DNA of 57,990 nt, taken from NCBI GenBank assembly GCA_013824915.1, contig PNOQ01000012.1, positions 1-57,990 on the forward strand, given 5' to 3'. Position numbers and translations under genes: made by a program. This document shows, one piece after another, positions 53,028 through 57,990 of this stretch (position 1 is its first letter; each line of letters opens with the position of its first letter). A model generated the notes under the pieces. It was given only the letters and a program-made list of their open reading frames with translations, ran no database searches and was not told the DNA's origin. The stretch comes from Nanoarchaeum sp. GTDB lineage: Archaea > Nanobdellota > Nanobdellia > SCGC-AAA011-G17 > PNOQ01.

Positions 53028-53795
53028 TCAAGCTTTTTTTGTTACAAATTTTGCTTCTTTCCATAATTTATCAAAGTGTTCTTGATAGTTCTTTGTCATA
53101 ATATCTGAAACTATTTCGTAAGCAATTGTTTCTGGATTAAAAAACATCGAAGTTATTCTGTGTTTGCTTATGGCCATAGATATTGGTAATGAAAATGGAT
53201 GTTTTCTTAATTCATAATTTCCCACTGGTAAATTATTTTTTTGGTATTCGTTTGCTGAATCTGAGTTAACTATGATCTTTAGTTTTATTTTGTTCTCTAT
53301 TCTTTTATTATGAAAATTTTTGAAAAATACTTGCAATTTAGAATCAATTATATCTTTTCCTGACATTGCAAAAATACAGTATTCTTCTCCTTCTTTTAAT
53401 TCATTTAATATGTTTAAGTAAGACGCTCTTATTCCTTTAAGTCCTTTATAAATTTGTGCTGTTTCTTCAATTTCTGATTTTTTTATTGCAAGTATTTCTG
53501 GTATTAATTGTTTCATTTCTGTTTTTGTCTTTTCTAATTCTTCTTTTTTTGACTCTATGTAATCAAGAATTGTGTTTGGGTTTGTGCATTGAAAATGATG
53601 AACTCCTTCTATTTGTATTGAACTTACTAGTCCTTTTTGCATTAATTTTTCTAGAATTAAATAAATTTTTGATGAAGAAATATTTGCTTTTTTCATTAGT
53701 TTGCCGGTGCTTGTTTGGCCTAGTTGGATTAGTGCTTGGTACACTCTAATCTCTCCATCAGTTAGTCCTATGTTTTTTAGTTGCGAAAAATCCAT
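53028..53795 (-). CDS. TrmB-family transcriptional regulator
   Basis: N-terminal wHTH (LKNIGLTDGEIRVYQALIQLGQTSTGKLMKKANISSSKIYLILEKLMQKGLV) plus a C-terminal effector-like domain. A TATA box lies 29 nt upstream. Confidence 0.8.
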   Translation of the reverse strand: MDFSQLKNIGLTDGEIRVYQALIQLGQTSTGKLMKKANISSSKIYLILEKLMQKGLVSSIQIEGVHHFQCTNPNTILDYIESKKEELEKTKTEMKQLIPEILAIKKSEIEETAQIYKGLKGIRASYLNILNELKEGEEYCIFAMSGKDIIDSKLQVFFKNFHNKRIENKIKLKIIVNSDSANEYQKNNLPVGNYELRKHPFSLPISMAISKHRITSMFFNPETIAYEIVSDIMTKNYQEHFDKLWKEAKFVTKKA

Positions 53796-53852
53796 GGTTC
53801 TTTTTTATTTTTAGAGTATATAAATGTTTATACGCACCAAGGGGGAGAATGG

Positions 53853-53866
53853 ATTAATATATTAAT
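53853..53866. promoter_or_regulatory. perfect 14-bp palindrome ATTAATATATTAAT in the divergent spacer (possible operator and/or TATA element)
   Basis: Seen directly in the sequence. It lies between the TrmB-like gene and the divergent 161-aa membrane-protein gene. AT-only palindromes are easily generated by chance in this composition. Confidence 0.25.
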
Positions 53867-53932
53867 ATCACTAAGTAGTAGTAAAGCAAGAAAACTTGCA
53901 AAAAAGACCTCAAAAAGAGGCAGGAGATAAAA

Positions 53933-54418
53933 ATGAAAACAATGGAAAAAATCGAGAATTATATTATAGAAAAAACAAAATATCACCAAGATGGTATAGG
54001 AACTGCTCTAGTGATAGCAACTGGTGTCACTGTTCTTTCAGGACTTTACTTAATGACCCCAAGGAGAGATAGTTTTTGGGATAAACTTCCTGTAACTGAG
54101 ATTATAGTAATCGAAGACCGTATTAGTGAGTTAGAAGAACTCATTATCGTTGAAAATGCTGTGAATTTTGGTGAAGCAACACCAACAATTACCTCTTTGC
54201 AAGAAGAAGTAGAAAAATTAGATGCATATTCACAACAGTTGAAACAACAGTTGAAAGATAGTCCAGAATATCAAGATCGCAAGAAGCAATTCAAGACTAG
54301 GAAAGCACTAGCGGGGTTAGGTCTATTAATGTCACTAGGGGCTATTCCTGCATTATTTGGTTCTGCAAAAATTTATGAAGGTATGGAAAGTAGAGTTCGA
54401 GAAAGGCAATACCGATAA
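53933..54418 (+). CDS. membrane protein with 2 TM helices flanking a coiled-coil segment
   Basis: An SD (GGCAGGAG) lies upstream. Hydrophobic helices occur at about aa 23-40 and 126-145. Confidence 0.5.
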   Translation: MKTMEKIENYIIEKTKYHQDGIGTALVIATGVTVLSGLYLMTPRRDSFWDKLPVTEIIVIEDRISELEELIIVENAVNFGEATPTITSLQEEVEKLDAYSQQLKQQLKDSPEYQDRKKQFKTRKALAGLGLLMSLGAIPALFGSAKIYEGMESRVRERQYR

Positions 54419-54433
54419 ACATTTTTCTTTTTT

Positions 54434-55018
54434 TTAATTTATTTTTTCAACAGCTTCTTTCCAAGATAAAGCTCTTTCAACTTTTTCTTCAGTTTTATTC
54501 CAACCATAATTTCCATCTAAATCAAATATTATTCCTCTAGTTCTAACTTTTTGACAAGCTAAAATATATTCTAAACAATCATCAATATTTGCATAAACTC
54601 CTTTTTGTTCGCAAATATGTGCTTTTTTGTCTCCTCTACCTTTAATCGAACTCCATTCTCCTGTATAATAAATGTCAGAAAATCTTCCAGGAAAAAATCG
54701 TTCTATTGATTCTTCTGTGCTTCTTCTCAATTCAGTTGCTCTTGATGTTAAAATAATTAGTTTATACTTCTCTTTTAAAACATCTATCCATTCTTGAGCA
54801 CCAACAACAGGAACAATATTTGTAAATTCTTCACTTCTGTAAAACTCACGAATTCTTGCATTTGCTTCATCTTTTGTACAGCGCCAAAGTTTTTCTAAAT
54901 CATAACTTTTTATATCCATAGATGTATAACTAGTTCTATCTTTTTTATTGTAATATCCCAACAAAGCCGGATTAAAACTAAGAGCAGTATCATCCGCATC
55001 TACGGCTACTATTAACAT
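54434..55018 (-). CDS. HAD-superfamily phosphatase, 5'-nucleotidase-like
   Basis: Motif I VAVDADDTALSF, motif II ILTSR, and a late acidic motif IDDC. Confidence 0.65.
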   Translation of the reverse strand: MLIVAVDADDTALSFNPALLGYYNKKDRTSYTSMDIKSYDLEKLWRCTKDEANARIREFYRSEEFTNIVPVVGAQEWIDVLKEKYKLIILTSRATELRRSTEESIERFFPGRFSDIYYTGEWSSIKGRGDKKAHICEQKGVYANIDDCLEYILACQKVRTRGIIFDLDGNYGWNKTEEKVERALSWKEAVEKIN

Positions 55019-55049
55019 TAATTAGTGAATGTCAATTTGTTTATATAAT

Positions 55050-55685
55050 TTATCTTTGAGAAGTATATTCTTTTATTTGTCCAAGTAATCCTCTAGTTTC
55101 TTCATTTACTATAATCTTTTTTTGACCATGATTAATCTTAAATCTAGGTCTTGGTAATTCTAAATCATCATAAACCCAATTAATTTGTTCTCCCAAAGAT
55201 TTACAAATTTGCCCACCTCTTGGGCCATCAGCTTTGTGCATAGTCCAATGTTCACTATCTCCAATTGTTAACTCACCAGACTTAATTAATACATCGAGAT
55301 ATCTTATTGATTGGGGGTGATCTTGCAATAATCTATATCTTGCCAATTTTAGTTTAGAAAAATCTAATCCTCTTTCTTTCTTTTCGCTCAAGTAACTTCT
55401 TAATGATTCTATGGAATAAAATATTCCTGTTTGTTCAGTTTGATAGTTTAATTTACCTGCAACAAGTCTTGCAAGTCCAAGATATTCTTCTAATTTAACT
55501 CCGTTATAATTCAAAACATCTCCTTGATGAACTACATCTAATGCTAAGTCAAAACCAACTTCTGGTCCACCCAATAAAATTTCTAATTCATCAAATGCTT
55601 CACAAAATCTATCTTCTGGGATACTAGCAGCGCTAGCTTTAGTTTGATCGACACCTAATACCATTAAAACTTCTGCAATTGCCAT
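55050..55685 (-). CDS. hypothetical 211-aa soluble protein
   Basis: An ORF with protein-like composition. No motif recognised. Confidence 0.45.
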   Translation of the reverse strand: MAIAEVLMVLGVDQTKASAASIPEDRFCEAFDELEILLGGPEVGFDLALDVVHQGDVLNYNGVKLEEYLGLARLVAGKLNYQTEQTGIFYSIESLRSYLSEKKERGLDFSKLKLARYRLLQDHPQSIRYLDVLIKSGELTIGDSEHWTMHKADGPRGGQICKSLGEQINWVYDDLELPRPRFKINHGQKKIIVNEETRGLLGQIKEYTSQR

Positions 55686-55787
55686 AATTTCAATTTACAA
55701 CAACCATTTATAAGTCTTTCTCTTGTAACCCCTGCGCAATGTTAACAGAACCAAAAGCTATTTAAAACTATTAGCTTTCCCCAAAAC

Positions 55788-56576
55788 ATGGAAACATTCA
55801 TGAATTTACCAAATTTTGCAGAATCAAAAGTACTAATACTACCTGTTCCTTACGAACACACAACTACTTACAAAAAAGGAACTATAAACGGTCCTAATGC
55901 AATAATAAAAGCTTCAAACGAACTTGAATTATATGACTATGAATTAAAATCCGAACCTTACAAGGTAGGTATAGTAACATTAAAACCAATAATAGACTTA
56001 AAAAAATTAGAATTAATAAAAACAAATAAATTTCTTATCGCTCTTGGTGGCGAACACACAATAACTTTACCTTTACTAAAAAGATTTGATCAACAAGATT
56101 TATCAGTATTACATTTAGATGCTCATGCCGATTTAAAAGATAGTTTTGAAGGCAAAAAACTAAGTCATGCATGTGTTATGCGTAGAATTTCAGACTTTAA
56201 TGATAGTATAACTCAAGTCGGAATAAGAAGTTTAGATAAAGAAGAATTAACTTTCATAAAAAGAAATAAAATTAATACATTCTTTGTAGATGATTTCGAT
56301 ATTAAAAAAATAGTTAAAACTTTAAAGAAAAATGTTTACATTACTATAGACTTAGACGTTTTTGATCCTTCAGTATTACCTGATGTTGGCACTCCAGAAC
56401 CAAATGGATTGCAATTCAAACAAGTTACGGACTTATTAAAAGAAGTTTTTGAAAAAAGAAACGTAGTCGGTTGTGATGTAGTTGAACTTTGCCCTTCATC
56501 TCAAATTGTTTCTAGTTACACTGCAGCTAAATTGGTATACAAATTAATAGGTCTTTATTCTAAGAGTTTAGATTAA
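55788..56576 (+). CDS. speB: agmatinase/arginase-family ureohydrolase
   Basis: Mn-ligand motifs GGEHTIT, LDAHADL, ITIDLDVFDPS and (E)P.G are present. Confidence 0.9.
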   Translation: METFMNLPNFAESKVLILPVPYEHTTTYKKGTINGPNAIIKASNELELYDYELKSEPYKVGIVTLKPIIDLKKLELIKTNKFLIALGGEHTITLPLLKRFDQQDLSVLHLDAHADLKDSFEGKKLSHACVMRRISDFNDSITQVGIRSLDKEELTFIKRNKINTFFVDDFDIKKIVKTLKKNVYITIDLDVFDPSVLPDVGTPEPNGLQFKQVTDLLKEVFEKRNVVGCDVVELCPSSQIVSSYTAAKLVYKLIGLYSKSLD

Positions 56577-56577
56577 T

Positions 56578-57072
56578 CTATTTCTTATAATTTCCCATAC
56601 CGGGAATTATATGTCTAACACCACCAACATAATCTTGAACATCACCATAAAATCTAGGTATTATATGAACGTGTAAATGATGAACAGTTCTACCTGCAGC
56701 TTCGCCTTCATTTATTCCAATATTATATGCATCTGGTTTTTTATTAATCCCAACATGAGTTAACATTTTGTTACAGAAATTAACAGATTGATCATTTAAT
56801 TTTTCATCAATAATTTTTTTATACAATTCTTTTAAATCAAGTCCTTCAATAACTTCCATAACTCCAGAAATTGCAGGTTGAAGATTTATCCACTCATGTT
56901 CTGTTAAATCAAGAAGAGAAACTAAATGTCTTTTAGGAATTACTTCCGCATGCCCAGGATTAACAGGAAATCTATCAAATCTAGCAAAAAAAGATTCATC
57001 TTCATAAAAAATTCCTTGTTTATTAGCATAAATCTTACAAAATGTACAATCACCCATAATTAAGTGAATCAA
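56578..57072 (-). CDS. HIT-family nucleotide hydrolase/transferase
   Basis: Histidine triad HHLHVHIIPR. N-terminal CTFCKI. Confidence 0.85.
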   Translation of the reverse strand: MIHLIMGDCTFCKIYANKQGIFYEDESFFARFDRFPVNPGHAEVIPKRHLVSLLDLTEHEWINLQPAISGVMEVIEGLDLKELYKKIIDEKLNDQSVNFCNKMLTHVGINKKPDAYNIGINEGEAAGRTVHHLHVHIIPRFYGDVQDYVGGVRHIIPGMGNYKK

Positions 57073-57090
57073 GTCTATTATATAAATTTT

Positions 57091-57990
57091 TCACAAAAAC
57101 TCATCAGAAATTCTTTCATTAATTTCACCTTTCAAATTACTAGAGATTAATTTGTAATCTTTTTTATTACTTAACAACCAAGCTAATTTAATAAAAGCAG
57201 TTTCAGAAGTCATATCTCTTCCAGAAACAATAAATTCTTGTAATTTTCTACCAGTTGAATAAACATTCATATTAACTCTTCCAAAAACAGTTTGTGTACA
57301 CATCACAATCGGGATTTTTAGATTTTTCAAAGCATTATAAATTTTAACATTTTCATTTATTGGTGCATGTCCTAAACCTGTACCCTCTATTATTAACCCA
57401 TTAAAATTCTTATATTTACTAATTTCAGAATAATGCATATTTGGATGTACTTTCAAAATACCAATCTTTAAATTTTTATTTAACAAACTAACTTCTAAAA
57501 TTTTACTTTTATCTTTCTTAGCAAAATCATGAACAATATAATCTATTCTTCCATCTGTACTAACTGAAGCAATAGGTTTACTATTAATCGATTTAAATGC
57601 ATCTCTCCTAGAACTATGTAATTTTTTAACTTTTAACCCGGGTAATATATAACAATTTTCATCATTCATACTAGAATGCATACAAACCGCAACCCCAGAA
57701 TAATTAGACTTAACAATAAATTGAGCTGCGCAAACCAAATTCAAAGCTGCATCTGAACTTCCTCTATCCGAACTTCTCTGCGAACCTACTAAGATTACAG
57801 GAAATCCTAAATTTTCTAACATAAAGCTCAAAGCAGCAGAAGTATAGTGCATGGTGTCAGTTCCATGTGTGATTATAACTCCTTCAACATTTTTACACTC
57901 TCTTTTAATTTGCAAAGCTAACTTATTATAATCTTTAAAACTCATATCTTCAGAAAATATATTAGAAATCAACTTAGTTTTAATATTTGC
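57091..57990 (-). CDS. gatD: Glu-tRNA(Gln) amidotransferase subunit D (asparaginase-like), N-terminus outside the window
   Basis: Asparaginase-type motifs (ITHGTDTMHYTSAALSF, VGSQRSSDRGSSDAALNL) are present. The reading frame stays open to the window end. Confidence 0.85.
   Translation of the reverse strand, partial: ANIKTKLISNIFSEDMSFKDYNKLALQIKRECKNVEGVIITHGTDTMHYTSAALSFMLENLGFPVILVGSQRSSDRGSSDAALNLVCAAQFIVKSNYSGVAVCMHSSMNDENCYILPGLKVKKLHSSRRDAFKSINSKPIASVSTDGRIDYIVHDFAKKDKSKILEVSLLNKNLKIGILKVHPNMHYSEISKYKNFNGLIIEGTGLGHAPINENVKIYNALKNLKIPIVMCTQTVFGRVNMNVYSTGRKLQEFIVSGRDMTSETAFIKLAWLLSNKKDYKLISSNLKGEINERISDEFL

Noticed and set aside
1-57990. I looked for CRISPR arrays, IS elements or transposases, integrases, reverse transcriptase/DGR components, toxin-antitoxin pairs, rRNA genes and in-frame stop or recoding signals.
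   Set aside because: No spaced direct-repeat arrays are present; the only repeats are coding repeats. No ORF shows DDE, tyrosine/serine recombinase or RT motifs. All conserved genes are intact with standard stops (TAA, TAG and TGA are all used).

Overview
This is an AT-rich, very gene-dense chromosomal segment of an archaeon. Spacers are mostly under 100 nt, and many genes overlap by 4-17 nt at start/stop or at 3' ends. The lineage is probably a small-genome, DPANN-like one. That is an inference from the archaeal markers present: ribosomal protein L15e, archaeal-type ProRS, GatD/GatE, deoxyhypusine synthase, XPD, an Ogg2-type glycosylase, and TTTATA boxes at a fixed ~30 nt from start codons. 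These markers sit alongside many bacterial-looking accessory enzymes. I can support about 60 CDS, 3 tRNA genes and one candidate structured small RNA. I found no rRNA, CRISPR array, transposase, integrase or reverse transcriptase. Content by theme: (1) translation: rpl15e, proS, asnS-aspS, gatE, gatD, rlmE, dys; (2) ion homeostasis: P-type ATPase, MgtC, ZIP, CaCA, CorA; (3) an oxidative-damage block: ogg, nth, half-ferritin, peroxiredoxin, SOD, azoreductase and a secreted cytochrome b5-like protein; (4) many nucleotide phosphoesterases: DHH, 2x NT5C/HAD, HD, PHP, metallophosphoesterase, HIT; (5) envelope proteins. The features I consider most worth follow-up are listed here. (a) A 6.4-kb gene encodes a 2146-aa beta-helix/Ig-repeat surface protein that ends in TM helices plus a PRC-barrel-like tail. 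It is coupled to a small wHTH ORF and contains a 993-bp internal tandem duplication. (b) A tRNA-Arg carries the anticodon ACG, which is unusual for archaea. (c) A 72-nt GC-rich hairpin with a UUCG tetraloop and a K-turn-like bulge has its own correctly spaced TATA box; it is a candidate H/ACA-like sRNA. (d) A lone PurM-like enzyme is coupled to an unknown 176-aa protein and flanked by PHP and metallophosphoesterase genes. (e) Two paralogous Cys-rich repeat lipoproteins are present. (f) A Cas4-like nuclease, a small acidic protein and PmbA form a tight operon. None of these can be proven to be a new system from sequence alone. All functional calls come from reading motifs in the translations, not from database searches.
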